From contig NC_057719.1 of assembly GCF_004010195.1 (NCBI RefSeq), positions 41,051,318 to 41,115,317 on the forward strand: a DNA stretch of 64,000 nt. Reading direction: 5' to 3'. The translations under genes were made by a program, and so were the position numbers. The DNA is from Chiloscyllium plagiosum (Eukaryota). The notes under the pieces were generated by a model. That model worked only from the letters and a program-made list of their open reading frames with translations, was not told where the DNA came from and searched no databases. Of the stretch, positions 1 through 13,399 are shown in pieces; within the stretch, counting starts at the first letter, position 1, and each line of letters starts with the position of its first letter.

Positions 1-521
1 CTGTACAGGACTTTGGTTAGGTCACATTTGGAGTACTGTGTGCAGTTCTGGTCGCCTCATTTTAGGAAAGATGTGGAAGCTTTGGAGAGGGTGCAGAGAA
101 GATTTACCAGGATGTTGCCTGGAATGGAGAATAGGTCATACGAGGATAGGTTGAGAGTGCTAGGCCTTTTCTCATTGGAGCGGCGACTTGATAGAGGTTT
201 ATAAGATGATCAGAGGAATAGATAGACAGTCAGAAACGTTTTTCCCGGGTACAACAGAGTGTTACAAGGGGACATAAATTTAAGGTGAAGGGTGGAAGGT
301 ATAGGGGGGATGTCAGGGGTAGGTTCTTTACCCAGAGAGTGGTGGGGGCATGGAATGCGCTACCTGTGGGAGTGGCAGAGTCAGAATCATTGGTGACCTT
401 TAAGCGGCAATTGGATAGGTACATGGATGGGTGCTTAAGCTAGGACAAATGTTCGGCACAACATTGTGGGCCGAAGGGCCTGTACTGTGCTGTATTGTTC
501 TATATTCTATGTTCTATGTTC
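1..521 (+). mobile_element. CR1-clade LINE, 3' fragment (RT C-terminus, 3' UTR, microsatellite tail)
   Basis: ORF 13..204 [36 protein letters not shown] is the CR1 ORF2 C-terminal motif; ends in (TTCTATG)n-like tail. Confidence 0.95.
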
Positions 522-529
522 ATCCAGCA

Positions 530-1010
530 GCTATGTCCTTTTAGGGCTCAACCACCTCAGTCAGTATTGAGTCAATCTTCGTGATGGACATTGAATTCCC
601 CACCCAGAGTGCATTCGGTGATCTTGCCACAGTCAGTGCTTCTGCCAGGTGGAGATCAGCATTAAGGAATATTGAATTTCAGTTGAGGCAGGGGTTTGTT
701 TTACATGGTAATTAGTAAAACATTTCCATGCTCATGTTAGACCTGATGACTTCATGGGGACTGGAGTCAATGTTGATGACTCCTGGAACAGTTTTCTCCT
801 GACTGTACAGCACGGTGCTGGGTCTGCTCTGCCAATGTGACAGGGCATATTCAGGGATAGTCATGGTGGAGTCTGGAACATTGTCTGTCAGACCTGATTT
901 GTGCGGATGACTGTGTCTGGGTTTTGCTTGACTAATCTGTGTGACAGCTGTCCAAGTTTTGGCATTAGTCTCCAGATCTTGCAAAGGAGGACTTTGTAGG
1001 GTCAACATGG
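530..1010 (-). mobile_element. Decayed non-LTR LINE apurinic-like endonuclease fragment
   Basis: ORF 712..1008 LTDNVPDSTMTIPEYALSH..VINIDSSPHEV; downstream minus-strand LWVG.F.VH-like motif near 590-610; frameshifted. Confidence 0.75.
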
Positions 1011-1069
1011 ATAAGATTCATCAATGTCATTTCACCTAGAGCGTGATGAGCCTGTGCAATTCATTATCA

Positions 1070-1255
1070 TAGAAAGTAGTTCAGACCAAAACATTGTGTT
1101 TTCAAGAAGGAGGTAGATAAAGCTTTTGTGGCTAAAGGAATCAAGAGATATGGGGGGAGAGGCGGGATTAGGGTATTGAGCTAGATAACCTGCCGTGATC
1201 ATACTGAATGGTGGAGCAGGTTCATCAGGTGGGATGGTCTACTTCTGTGTTTCAG
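1070..1255 (+). mobile_element. CR1 LINE 3' end fragment
   Basis: ttcaagaaggaggtagat...ggaatcaagagatatggg...gatcatactgaatggtggagcagg resembles the other CR1 3' ends in this window. Confidence 0.7.
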
Positions 1256-1324
1256 TATTTCTAGTGCCTTGGTTGACATAGGTGGTCAGTGCAATTTCAT
1301 ACTTTCTTTTGAGGGTTTGTTATA

Positions 1325-1625
1325 ATCGGGTGGTTTGCTGGGCTTTTGCATGAGACCAGTTAAGTATCAACCACCTTGCTGTTGGCCTGGAGTCAATTGT
1401 TGGTCAGATCAGGTAAAGAAGGCAGATTCCTTCCTGAAGGGCATTACAGAACCAGATAAATAGTTACGACATTAACAATGGTTTCATGACTATCAGTAGA
1501 CTCTTAATTACAGAATTATTCCATTGAATTTCAATTCTACCATCTGCTGTGGTTGGATTTATTACCCAGATCTCCGGATGACTAGTCCTGTGATAATATC
1601 ACTGTTCTATTACCGTTGCCATCCC
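1325..1625 (-). mobile_element. tRNA-derived SINE (same family as 22881 and 30067), decayed
   Basis: Reverse complement aligns by eye with 30067-30428 (aggtaaagaaggcagattccttcctgaaggg core; gtgataatatcact head). Confidence 0.75.
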
Positions 1626-4600
1626 TGGATTTCATTAGAGGTGCTGTGTTCTGGAAAGTACAGTGTGTGAAAGCAGGACTGGTCTGTCTGGCGAAATCAA
1701 TAGCTTGTACTGACTTCTAAGACTGGAATCCTGAAGAGCATGATATCCAAGAACTGCTGTAGAATTTGTGCTAAGCAGTATCCATGTCTTAAGCAGGGAA
1801 CAGAAAAGGGAAAGGAACTGTTTATAGAGAAAAGCAGCAGTCTAATGTTCCACTTACAATGAATGAAGAGCTCATAAAGAGCACAGTAACTGACTCTGGT
1901 AATTATACTTCTGAAAGCATTACTTCTAGAAGAGTTAATTTCAATGTCATTCATAATTCTCCCTGTAAAGTGTAGCATTAGTTTGCAATCAGGATTATAA
2001 CCTGGAAAAGCAAAGACTGAAACATGCCCTTTAAATTGAAGCCTCTGAGTCACCTTTTCAATCAGTATTGAGAATTTTAGAATTTCAAGTTGAAATGATC
2101 AGTGAAACTGAATAAATGACAACTCGTTGCTTTCACCAGTTCATTAGATTGTCAGTCAATAAGGCTCTATTGGCGTGTTCGTGAAACAGTGACAAACAAA
2201 CATGATTTCACTTTAAACCCATTTCACTCCCACATAAATGATCTCCTTTGAAGTGCTTCAAAACTAAAGGCATTATAGCTGTAGATGCCGCATTCTTGAG
2301 TTTTAATGCTCCATATATATCCATCATACTGACATCCTGTCAAGTGGAAGTCATCGCTTTCTCTGCTACTGTTTTTACAAAATTTCCCTGAGCCATTGCA
2401 AAATGTTTAGTTTATTCACAAGTAGACTTTGAGTGAAGGACATTTGGATGGTACATTTAGAAGAATGGATGTGTGCCCACTGTCAGAGATTGCACATTTT
2501 CTTCACATAGGTAAGAATCTGAAGTTGAGAATTTTTATGATTAGGATCCTGCCTCTATCCCAACAAAGTTGACGGGCAATAATTTGTACCTGCTGGAGGA
2601 TGGGACAGCCTGGAGACACTACTGTTTCCCCTGAGCAAGGAGGTGCTGGGCGTGGTGAAAAGGCCCACTTCCATTCCTAGAGAAATTGGTGTACTTTTTC
2701 GGATCAGTTTAAAGTTTCCTCACCTATTCAAGAGATATTCCCTTCACCTCGTTATGATCCCTTCAATCTCTCTTCCTCTGTATGTCACCTCTTCCCATTC
2801 AATCATTCATCCTTGTCGCACGCAACTCACCCACCAAATATCCATTTTGTAAATAGAGCTCACATGTCATATAATTACATTTGAAAATTACTGTAAAGCT
2901 CATAATTCTGTCAAAATAAACAAAACTTACATGAAAATGCATTTGATAAAAACATTTCATCACTTGAGAAGCTTAAAATAGTTGTCAATGAAACAAATTC
3001 ATATTTCACAAGACAGCTTTGAAAACAAACACTGCAGTCTATTATTTAATGGTCAGATTTTCCAATCACAACACTGCCATCACTCACTTCAGTAAATATA
3101 GATAGAACTCAGATTACAACAATCATGATGGACTTTTAAAGGAGCCAACATCATTTTTACTCTCCTACTTTACTTTTGTTATTTTAGTCCATTGGTTCAT
3201 GACCACTTTGCAGATATAATTGAGGAAGACTGCCAATACATGGCCGTTGACTGAAAGTTGTGGAAGTTCTGAAATATCCATTCTCAGAATGGTGCTAGCA
3301 ACTTCTAAACAACAGCTTATGAAACTCCTGACCTGCCCGCTTTCTCACTGCACTGAAAAAAAGCATCAGAAATGGAAATGAAGGCAGGAATTCTGAATGC
3401 GTCCCCCGAGCCCTTTTTTTCTAATTTCCGATTCTCTGTGATCCTGAAACATGATTGATCCCTGGCTCATACCCATCAAATCAACACCTTGACATTGCTA
3501 AGAAAAGCTCATGCCTGCTAGAATGCCATGCTTTATCAATATCTGCTGGACTGCCAGGCAGGATGGAAATGATATACTCAGAGTCAGATAATCATGCTTC
3601 CTACTAATAAGCAATGAGACCATTAATCACATGTATTAGGATCTCATTGTTAGTTAATTTCACCTTATTTCTAGGCAGCTTATGAGTCTTCTAAGTATTA
3701 GTGAGGAACTAGACAGAGCCCAATTCCCTACCTTGTGGTTGCAGTTCGCCGGCATGTTCTGCAGGTCTCCATTTTAATCATCAGTCCCCCACATCTCATT
3801 GCATGCTCCACAGGCAGTGACTGCCTGTATCTTTTGTCTGTTAAAGTTGGCATTTGTGAAACACCAGCATCATCACATCACTATGGTCAATCTTGGACTA
3901 CATCAGGAGACACTTCAGTACTTCAATGCTGCACTATACAGCTTACTGTCACCTTATAATACCATGTCTATGCCAGGGTTATACATCCATCTCATCCACT
4001 GAGGCAGGATGCACCTCAGAGATTTCAGCTTGTTTCCTTAACATTCACTCAATTTGCTGTTACTTGGACAGGATCTCTGCCTTGCCTTTAAGTGTGAACT
4101 GAAAGTCAGGCAGCTTGTTTTCTCAGCCAGTACTTAACAGTCAAGATGGTAGTCACTGAACAGCACCAGGCTACCTCAATGTCACACCTACAACACCTGT
4201 CTGCAACTTCCACACTGGTCTTCAACCTAATGGCCAGGTCTGAAAGTCAAAGTGGACGAGCCCTTCATTTAATGAAGAAGGATGGTGGTCAGTCAGGAGG
4301 AGGTGAGGGAAATGGCCACTCAGTCAAAAGCATTGTCTGATCTCAATCTGGTGCTTTGGATGTGAGATTAATTGATGAGGGTGTGGGGATTTATACCCTC
4401 CCAGTCTGGAGATTGGAGCATGTTCAGTATTCCAGGTCAAATTCAACCAATCCGTGGAGTACAAGTAAGTCAATGGGAGGGGTGTTGTACAGCTATCATC
4501 AAGGGATCATCCTCGGCCAAGGCTGTCCCCTTTGTCAGTTGGAGATTGGCAACAGTCTGTACTAGAGGTTTGGGCAGGAGATAACAAGAGAGGTTATCAG

Positions 4601-5149
4601 GGGCCAGTCCATCTGTGTTGGGGAAATGGGAAACAAAATAGGGATTGGAGTCAAGACAGTGTGGATAAATCTGTGATCCAATTTACTGACTATCTCTGAT
4701 AAACCTGTCTGTTGCTGCAGTTCCTATCTGCACTTTTGCATAATGTTATAATAGCCAACAGTATGAGGTCATTTTCTGCCTGTGCCAGAACAGGTCCCTG
4801 TTCTCCAACACCTCCAAAGATCTGTGGCATTTATTTCTGGATTAGGTGTGGAGACACAACAGCGATGTGCTCACCAGCACATGCTCCCGAGATTAATCTA
4901 AAGTACCCATTGAGTTGAAAGTCTCTGGGCTGATGGATTGTACAGGGGACAGTCTGACTGATGCAAACTCTGAGGGATCTGTGGCTTCTTCCTCAGAGAT
5001 GGAATAGAAGATGATGGCTGGAAGCTGTGTAAATGCTGCTGGTTCCTGCAGAAGAGGAGAGGGGGAATTAGGAATGCAATAAGGATTGAAGTTTGAGCAT
5101 GTTATGAACATGTTCACTTATTTGGAAAGGTAAGGACTGATAAGGGATA

Positions 5150-5819
5150 GTCATAGAGTCATAGAGATGTAAGGCATGGAAACAGACCCTTCGGTCCAAC
5201 CCGTCCATGCCAACCAGATATCCCAACCCAATCTAGTCCCACCTGCCAGCACCCGGCCCATATCCCTCCAAACCCTTCCTATTCATATACCCATCCAAAT
5301 GCCTCTTAAATGTTGCAATTNCTATCCATGTCCCTCATAATTTTGTAAACCTCTATAAGGTCACCCCTCAGCCTCTGATGCTCCAGGGAAAACAGCCCCA
5401 GCCTGTTCAGCCTCTCCCTATAGCTCAAATCCTCCAACCCTGGCAACATCCTTGTAAATCTTTTCTGAACCCTTTCAAGTTTCGCAACATCTTTCCGAAT
5501 AGAAGAAGAGCAGAATTGCACACATTGTTCCAACAGTGGCCTAACCAATGTCCTGTTCAGCCGCAGCATGACCTCCCAACCCCTGTATTCAATACTCTGA
5601 CCAATAAAGGAAAGCATACCAAATGCCTTCTTCACTAACCTATCTACCTGCGACTCCACTTTCAAAGAGCTATGAACCTGCACTCCAAGGTATCTTTGTT
5701 CAGCAACACTCCCTAGGACCTTACCATTAAGTGTATAAGTCCTGCTAAGATTTGCTTTCCCAAAATGCAGCATCTTGCATTTATCAGAATTAAACTCCAT
5801 CTGCCACTTCTCAGCCCAT
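5150..5819 (-). mobile_element. CR1 (HER1-type) LINE 3' fragment
   Basis: ORF 5306..5800 MEFNSDKCKMLHFG...LVRPLLEQCVQF...[22 protein letters not shown] tail at the left end; single N at 5321. Confidence 0.95.
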
Positions 5820-6167
5820 GCATGGCTTTGTGTGTGAGAACCTAACTAGTCTATTTGATGGCTTTCTCCCCTTTGCCTTCTCAAGTTCCAAACACACACA
5901 CACTTCACCCACTCTGTTGAAAAGTTATAATTATTTTACTGCTCCATCCGTACTTGATATCAATGATACCAGAAGTTCAGTTGTGTAGTTTAGAGTGACA
6001 TAGTCCCAAAGCTTTTTGTAGACAATATATGCTCTATATATGTTTATAACTTGATGACATCCTACGATTGGTTCACCCTATTCTAATGTTATGTATTGTG
6101 AGATAAACTGTGAAAATAGGATAGAGAAGTGAACAGTTGCCTAGATCATGCTAACTGTTTATTAGCA

Positions 6168-6379
6168 AAGTTCAAAATCACACAGCACCAGGTTATCATC
6201 CAACAGGTTTATTTGGAAGTACACTAGCTTTCGGAACATCGCTCCTTCATCAGGTGGTTGATGAAGGAGCGGCGTTCCAAAAGCTGATGTGCTTCCAATT
6301 AAACCTGTTAGACTATAACCTGGTGTTGTGTGATTTTGAACTTTGTACACCCCAGACCAACACCAGCATCTCCAAATCA
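6168..6379. mobile_element. PLE family B fold-back mini-element with TSD
   Basis: Inverted arms centred near 6255; 12-bp TSD TGTTTATTAGCA at 6156-6167 and 6380-6391; a hammerhead motif in each arm. Confidence 0.9.
6225..6253 (-). ncRNA. Minimal type I hammerhead ribozyme motif (family B)
   Basis: Minus strand CTGATGA-A-GGAGC-GAT-GTTCC-GAAA-GCTA; helix I CAC/GTG. Confidence 0.75.
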
Positions 6380-7147
6380 TGTTTATTAGCAGCCTGATTA
6401 CTTTTCAATTGTAAGTAAATCAGTTACAGTTGAAGACCACAGTGCTGTTGAATTATACATTCTGAAACGAACATGAAAACAACTAGATCGCAAAAGTGAA
6501 ATAAGACTGAAAATTTAATTTACTGCTGGAATTTTTGAATATTATTTATGGAAAAGTCAGATAAAAAAGTAGACCAATCAAAAAATGTGATATCTTTGTC
6601 AACATGGAAGGTTTGAAATGACTGTAATCCTTAAGTGCAACCTTGAATATGATGATAAGGCTGACAGTGGTACTCAATTCCTGCAGTAGCATCTCATTTT
6701 AATTTCCAACTGGAAAATTTATCTGACATTGATTCAACTGTTTTTGTTACGGATGTATATGTCAAATTACTGGCACTCTGGTTAAGTAGACAGGCTTCGA
6801 TAATACCTTATCATCCAGGAGCATCAACATCATGTGAAAGAGTTCTCCTGCCATTGTTGTTTTCCTGCAGCTTACAGTGCTTTTTTTTTTTGCAGAATGA
6901 TATTGACCTGTGCAACTGAAAATCATGATCAAATAGATAGCACATGGCCACAGATTTGCTCTCTCTTATGTATTGGCCATATATTCCGAATGCTGTTTTA
7001 AGTCCTTAAATCTTGCCTGGTGGTCATGGAAATATAGTTTTTCCTCTGTTTGAGATACATATTAATGACATGAGTGTTGTGGATTAATTAATGAGTTTAC
7101 CAGTTCTGATATTTGATGAAAAGTTTACCAAAACCTACTGAATTCAT

Positions 7148-7339
7148 CATGATTTGGAGATGCTGGTGTTGGACTGGGGTGTACAAAGTTAAAAATCACA
7201 CACCAGGTTATAGTCCAACAGGTTAAATTGGAAGCACTAGTTTACAGACCGCTGCCACCTGATGAAGGAGCAGCGCTCCGAAAGATGGTGCTTCCAATTA
7301 AACCTGTTGGATGATAACTTAGTGTTGTGTGATTTTTAA
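7148..7339. mobile_element. PLE family B fold-back mini-element with TSD
   Basis: 13-bp TSD CTACTGAATTCAT at 7135-7147 and 7340-7352; plus-strand core CTGATGA-A-GGAGC-AGC-GCTCC-GAAA at 7259-7283 with a mutated stem III. Confidence 0.9.
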
Positions 7340-7804
7340 CTACTGAATTCATATCTCTCTCCTCAAATTCAACTTAGCAGGGATTTCAATACCTTGGTTC
7401 ATGATTAGTTTAAGAGATTAATATTGCACAGTCTGAAATGATGGAGTTTGAATTCTCAGAATGTAGCCGTTTGCCTTTTCAAGCAACCTGTCTTCAAATT
7501 GACAAGGGAGAGAGAAATTCAAAATCTGTGAAATTGGAAGCCAATGCCTTTGGGTATAAAGGGCCTGCAGCAGATTTTGAGTGCACTGCATATGCAAATT
7601 GGGTTCCTAACAGCTGCTGTACCTGCAAATGCCTTTGATGGACACTTCAAATGGCTGTTTTCTAATTTGTACTGCTCATTCTTGGTGGGTGCAAAGAGAG
7701 CAAAAATGACACTGAGATCCCAAATGCGTCATTTGATCCTGAATTACAAATACTGACAATACTCCCACTTGTAACCAGCAGGTTCTCCAGTAGCTGAAAT
7801 CAAA

Positions 7805-8935
7805 ACAACTTGTGTTTATATGATGCAATTAACATAATAAACTATTCCAAGGTGCTTCACAAAAGCATTATGGATCAAAAAGTTTAACAGCAAGCCACAA
7901 AATTAAAGGTAAATTGAAGGAGTGTCTTAAAGGAGGAAAAAGAAGCATAGTGGCATAAAGAGGGAATTCCAGACCTTAGGACCTAGGAAACTGAAAGGAT
8001 GGTCACCAGTGTTGGAGTGTTTAAAACCGGGTGCCCAAATTGGCAGCAGATACTTCAGAGGGTTTATAGGATTAGAGGAGGTTACAGACATAAGGATAGG
8101 TGAGATCATGGAGTGATTTAAAAACAAGGTTGAGAATTTTAAAATTGAGACATTCCTCGAACAAGATCCAATGTAAATCAGTCAGCTTCAGCGTTTAGCT
8201 GGACAGAAGTTGGGGCAGGTGAAGATACAAACAGCAGAGTTTGGAAGATCTCACGTTTTCAGATGTGAGTGAAAACCCAGGTGGTGCTAAAATAATCAAA
8301 CCTGGAGATAAAAATAACACCAATGATGGTTTCAACAGCAGATAAACTGAGGCAGGAGTGAAGTCAGGTTTTATTTTCATGGTGGAAATAGGCAATATCA
8401 GTGATGTGGGGGAAGCTCATCTTGGGATTAAATTTGATGCCAAAGTTGTAACAGATTGGTTTCATTTCCAACTGTTGCCAGCAAGAGAGAAAAAGTTGGT
8501 CGCTGACAAATGGAATTTGGAGCACATACAATGTCTTTAACTTTCCCAATTGAATTGGATGTAAGTTTTACTCATCCAGTCCTGGATGTCAGATAGGCTG
8601 TCAAGTAATGCAGTGACAGTGGAGAAGTTGAACAATGTGATGCCGAGGTAAGGCTGGAAATCATCATCAGATGTGTGGTAACTGATAATGTGCTGTTTAA
8701 TGATTGTGCTGTGGGGCATCATGTAGTGAGATAGGAGGGGGTCAAGAGTAAATCTTTGTGAACTACCAGAAGTGATAGTATGGGTATGGGATAAGAAGAT
8801 TTGGCTGTGATTTGATCATTAAAACTGAAACTTGAGTGAGAGAAGTCCCAACCAGTTGGATGGCAGTGGAGAGACATTGGAGGACAATGCTGTTGTCATG
8901 AGGTAAAAGCTGCAGACAGGTCCAAAAGTTGTAGG
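7805..8935 (-). mobile_element. L2-clade LINE 3' portion, decayed
   Basis: Minus-strand IIKQHIISYHTSDDDFQPYL (degenerate YADD region) and PFSFLGPKVWNSL; L2-type tail at the left end. Confidence 0.8.
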
Positions 8936-10644
8936 TATACAGTTTACTTTTGTCTCAGTTGCATGCAGAGACACATTAACACATTGGAATTTTTATTTTC
9001 TCTATTCATTGACCCTAGTATTGCCACCTTTTCATGCACAAATGCAACAGTCATGCATGAAAATTGCAACCAATATATTTGCATTTTCTGATGATCTTAT
9101 TCCCACTCTCAATATCTGTTTCAGGTGGGTAATCAGCCAGTTAAGTGTCATCATCCATTTAATGTCATATCAGAGGCCTGCTAATACTTATTATATTTTG
9201 AATCATCATTGTAGTAAAAGTAAAGAAAGGATCTAGGATTTCCTTTTACAAGCTTATCATTTAACTGACAGCATAAATCTGTCAGGTGTCAGTGTAATTA
9301 ATTATTGATTATATGTTGAATGATTGCATATCCATTTAAAATGCATCACTTGGCATGATATAAGGTAAATGAAACTTAATGATTAAATAGAAATGAACTT
9401 ATTTGGGAATTATGTTCTGCCTGAGAATTTGTAAGTATTAATCGTTATATTTCAAAATGCAAAATGGGGCATTTTCTACGCTTTGAAAGGATTTAGAAAT
9501 TTAGACATTAGATGGTTATGAGAGCTATTTTTAACAAGACCAGGTAAACACTGACTAGCATTTAAAAAGCATCTTATGTGCTCAAAAGCATCACAAAGCA
9601 CTTCATGTTCAATGAATGATTTTAAAGTCTTATCTAATTGAACATGACAGCAATTTTACAGACAGTATTATCCTATAGGCAGCTGTTAAATGAATCAGCA
9701 GTTAATCGATTTCTGGTAAAGTAGTCAAAGGAGGAATACTGGATCATGCAGCGACAGGACTTCCAGAACTTCTTCAATGGATCTTTAAGAAGTAGACATG
9801 ACTTCAGGTTAAAACCTCCTCTGAAGAAGGAGTGGATATTGTTCTTGAATGACAAGAATTTCCAATAAGAAAATTTCATAACTTAATAAATAAAAATTCT
9901 GCTAACAGTTCTTTAATTTTGCAAGTAATGATTTAAAAATCACATTGTTACTCAGATGACTTTCATTGCTTACACTGTCATCTGCAGGTATGCGTTTTCA
10001 GCTCCTTTATACAGCTTTTTTTCTTTTTTTTCACGTGATGTTTAATTGTTCATGGGATGCTGTCTTCACTGGCAAGGCCAGCATTTGTTGCCCTTCGTTA
10101 ATTGCCATTGAACTGAATGGCTTGCTAGATCATTTCAGAGGGCAGTTGAAAGTCAGCAATATTGATACAATATTGTGTGTTGTTCAGGATGCCTGCAGCT
10201 GGCATTTGGTTCTGTTTAGATCTTCTTTGGGTAGATTTGCTGCCGCCAGCCCTCACTCTAATCTAATCGATAGAGCCTACTGGTAGTAAATGGTAAAGGA
10301 TTAACTGCTATAAGTTTCAGCAGGAGAAACATGCACTGGGGTAACAGGAAGTAATTTATTACTTAATGGTAAGAAAACAGGTTGCATGGGGTTAAAATTG
10401 GTTAGCTATCTGAACACTTGGTAAAAGATGTTTTTATTTCTACTCACTAAATCTATGTTATGTGGCTATGGACTATGCAACTGACTAACCAGGAACAACC
10501 ATCAACCTAACTCCATCTAGAAACAATCATTTCTGTATTGGTGAATGGAGATATTCCAAAGCTTCTAGGTTAACCCTTTCAACTGTTATACAACAATGTG
10601 GACGTTACTGGTCAGACAAACATTTGTTGCCCAACCCCAAGTGA

Positions 10645-11385
10645 AACATAGATTCATAGCATACAGAAGACATCCTTTCGCCCATTGAGTTTGAAATGAC
10701 AAAACTACTCAAAATGTACAATAATGTCACTTGCCAGCACTTGGCCCATAGGCCTTGAATGTTATGACATTTATTGTGCTCATCCAAGTATGTTTTATAG
10801 ATTATGAGGTTCCTGCCTCAAATAGCCTCCTCGGCAGTGCATTCCAGATTCCCACTACAGCCTGGGTGAAATGTGTTTCCTCAAATCCTCTCTAAACCTT
10901 TAATCTTAAAATTATGTCCCCTTGTTATTAACCCTTCAACTAAGAGGAACAGCTGCTTCCTATCCATACTGTTATAATCTATTATAACTCAATCAGGTCA
11001 CCTTTCAGCCTTCTCTGCTCTAAAAAAAAGCCAAGCTAAACTGTTCCATCTCAGGCAACATGTTGGTGAATCTCCTCTGCACCCCCTCCAGTGCAATCCT
11101 TCTAATACAGTCACCAGAACATGCACAGTACTCCAGATATGACCCGACCATTCATTGTGCAGCATTAAGGGTCACTGGACCCAAAACGCTTACTCTGATT
11201 TCTCTCACAGATGCTGCCAGACAAGCTGAGCTTTTCCAGCAATTTCTGTTTTCATTTCACATAACCTCCCTGCTTTAATAATCAAGACTATATTGATAAA
11301 GGCAAGTGTCCCATATGCCTTCTTAAGTACCCTATTGGCTTGTCCTGCTGCCTTCAGGGATCTGAACTTCCTAAGTAAATCAAAT
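10645..11385 (-). mobile_element. CR1 LINE 3' fragment, interrupted by a PLE piece at 11165-11262
   Basis: Minus-strand KAAGQANRVLKKAYGTLAFIN and CR1 3' motifs. Confidence 0.8.
11165..11262 (+). mobile_element. PLE family D terminal-repeat fragment
   Basis: aagggtcactggacccaaaacgc (helix II GGGTC/GACCC, decayed GAAA) followed by cagatgctgccagacaagctgagcttttccagcaatttctg. Confidence 0.7.
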
Positions 11386-12092
11386 TGCCCTGGAGAAGGA
11401 AGGGACAGGTAGTATTGAGGAAATGGGGAGGTTGCAGAAGGACTTGGACCAGGTAGGAAAATGAGTAAAGAGGTGGCAATGGAACACAATGTGGGGAAAG
11501 TGTGAGGTTTTGTACTTTGGCAGGAAGAATAAAGATGTAGACTATTTTCTAAATGGAAAAAGGCTTTGGAAATCTGAATCACAAAGGGATTGGGGAGTCC
11601 TAGTTAAGGATTCTCTCAAGGTTAACATGCAGGTTCACTTGACAGTTAGGAAAGCAAAGGCAATGTTTACATTCATTTCAAGAGGGCAAGAATACAAGAA
11701 TGATCTGAGGATGAAGGGTATGTCATAAGAGGAGTTTTGAGGACTCTGGATCTGTGTTCAATTGAGTTTGGACTGATGAGGGGGGACCTGATTGAAACTT
11801 ACAGAATACTAAGAGGCCTGGATAGAGTGAATGTAGAGAAGATATTTCCACTAGTAAGAGACACTAGGACCTGAGGGCACAGCTTCAGAGTAAAGGGATG
11901 ACCCTTGAAAACTGAGATAAAGAGGAATTTCTTCAGCCAGAGACTGGTTAATCTGTGGAACTCATTGTTGCAGAGGGCTGTAGAAATTAAGTCAGCATGT
12001 TACTTAAGATGGCGATAGACAGGTTCTTGATTAGTAAGGTGATTAAGGATTATGGAGAAAAGGTAGAAGAATTGGGTTGAGAAACGTATCAG

Positions 12093-12745
12093 AGCTGAAA
12101 ATGTGTTGCTGGAACAGCGCAGCAGGTCAGGCAGCATCCAGGGAACAAGAGGATCGACGTTTCGGGCATAAGCCCTTCTTCAGGAATGAGGAAAGTGTGT
12201 CCAGCAGGCTAAGATAAAAGGTAGGGAGGAGGGACTTGGGGGAGGGGCGATAGATGGAAATGCGATAGATGGAAAGAGGTCAAGGTGAGGGTGATAGGTC
12301 AGAGTGGGGTGGGGCGGAGAGCTCAGGAAGAAGATTGCAGGTTAGGAAGGCGGTGCTGAGTTCAAGGGATTTGACTGAGACAAGGTGGGGGGAGGGGAAA
12401 TGAGGAAACTGGTGAAATCCGAGTTCATCCCTTGTGGTTGGAGGGTTCCTAGGCGGAAGATGAGGCGCTCTTCCTCCAACCGTCATGTTGTTGTGGTCTG
12501 GCGATGGAGGAGTCCAAAGACCTGCATATCCTTGGTGGAGTGGGAGAGGGAGTTGAAGTGTTGAGCCACAGGGTGGTTGGGTTGGTTGGTCCGGGTGTCC
12601 CAGAGGTGTTCTCTGAAACGCTCCGCAAGTAGGCGGCCTGTAAACGTCGATTCTCTTGTTCCCTGGATGCTGCCTGACCTGCTGCGCTGTTCCAGCAACA
12701 CATTTTCAGCTCTGATCTCCAGCATCTGCAGACCTCACTTTCTCC
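12093..12745 (-). mobile_element. Penelope-like element family A: GIY-YIG C-terminus, terminal repeat and inverted short repeat, with TSD
   Basis: LLAERFREHLWDTRTNQPNHPVAQHFNSLSHSTKDMQVFGL; inverted repeat at 12640-12745; 16-bp TSD TTGAGAAACGTATCAG at 12077-12092 and 12746-12761. Confidence 0.92.
12156..12183 (-). ncRNA. Minimal hammerhead ribozyme motif (family A)
   Basis: Minus strand CTGAAGA-A-GGGC-TTAT-GCCC-GAAA-CGTC, in the same sense as the GIY-YIG ORF. Confidence 0.8.
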
Positions 12746-13399
12746 TTGAGAAACGTATCAGCCATGATTGAATGGCAGATTTGATGGGCTGAAAGACCTA
12801 TTTCTTGTAGAGAGGGCGTTGGGGAGCTGCCATCTTCAATTTGTCCAATTTTTAATCCGTTACATTAAATTAAATCGACATTAGACAGATTTTGGAAGAA
12901 TTGATCTATTTCATGAGATCATCATTGAGATAATGAAGATGAGAATTTACTCCTCTGGGCAGAATTGATTGCTGGCCCAGATTGCAGGGAATGAGATAAG
13001 GTGGGGATTGGCGTTGAATTGAGCAGGATGTGTCACATCAGATCTCCAATGCAGAGTCAAAGGTTGGAGAGGCAGTGGTCAGTGCCACATGGTGAGAAGG
13101 TAATTTTGTTGGTTTGTTACATTGTTGTTTCTTAACATGGAAATTTTTGCAATTAAGCATGAGGGACACAGGGACCACTGATCTTCCATTTGTTTAAAGC
13201 TGGTGATGAGCAGCCACCTCAGTCTCTGCAGGCAAGTAGAGCTACTTGTAGTCACCTGTCTACCAAGAGAGAAACAACTCTGATTCAGTATAGGGAAGGA
13301 CAGGATCACTGTTGGGAGGTCAGGGGGTATGCGTGGAGGTTGAAGGGCACGACAGAGGGGCATATGTGAATGACCAGCTTGAGGAGGACAAAGGCAATC

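Larger units (their letters stand above)
11420..12810 (+). mobile_element. CR1 LINE 3' fragment hosting a PLE insertion
   Basis: ORF 11489..11728 GKCEVLYFGRKN...QRDWGVLV; 3' UTR split at 12092/12746. Confidence 0.85.

Noticed and set aside
1697..2053. 118-aa minus-strand ORF (and similar ORFs at 40465, 50992, 52281)
   Set aside because: No recognisable domain or splice context; consistent with chance ORFs
5300..5340. Apparent internal deletion in CR1
   Set aside because: The jump coincides with the single N at 5321, so it is probably an assembly join
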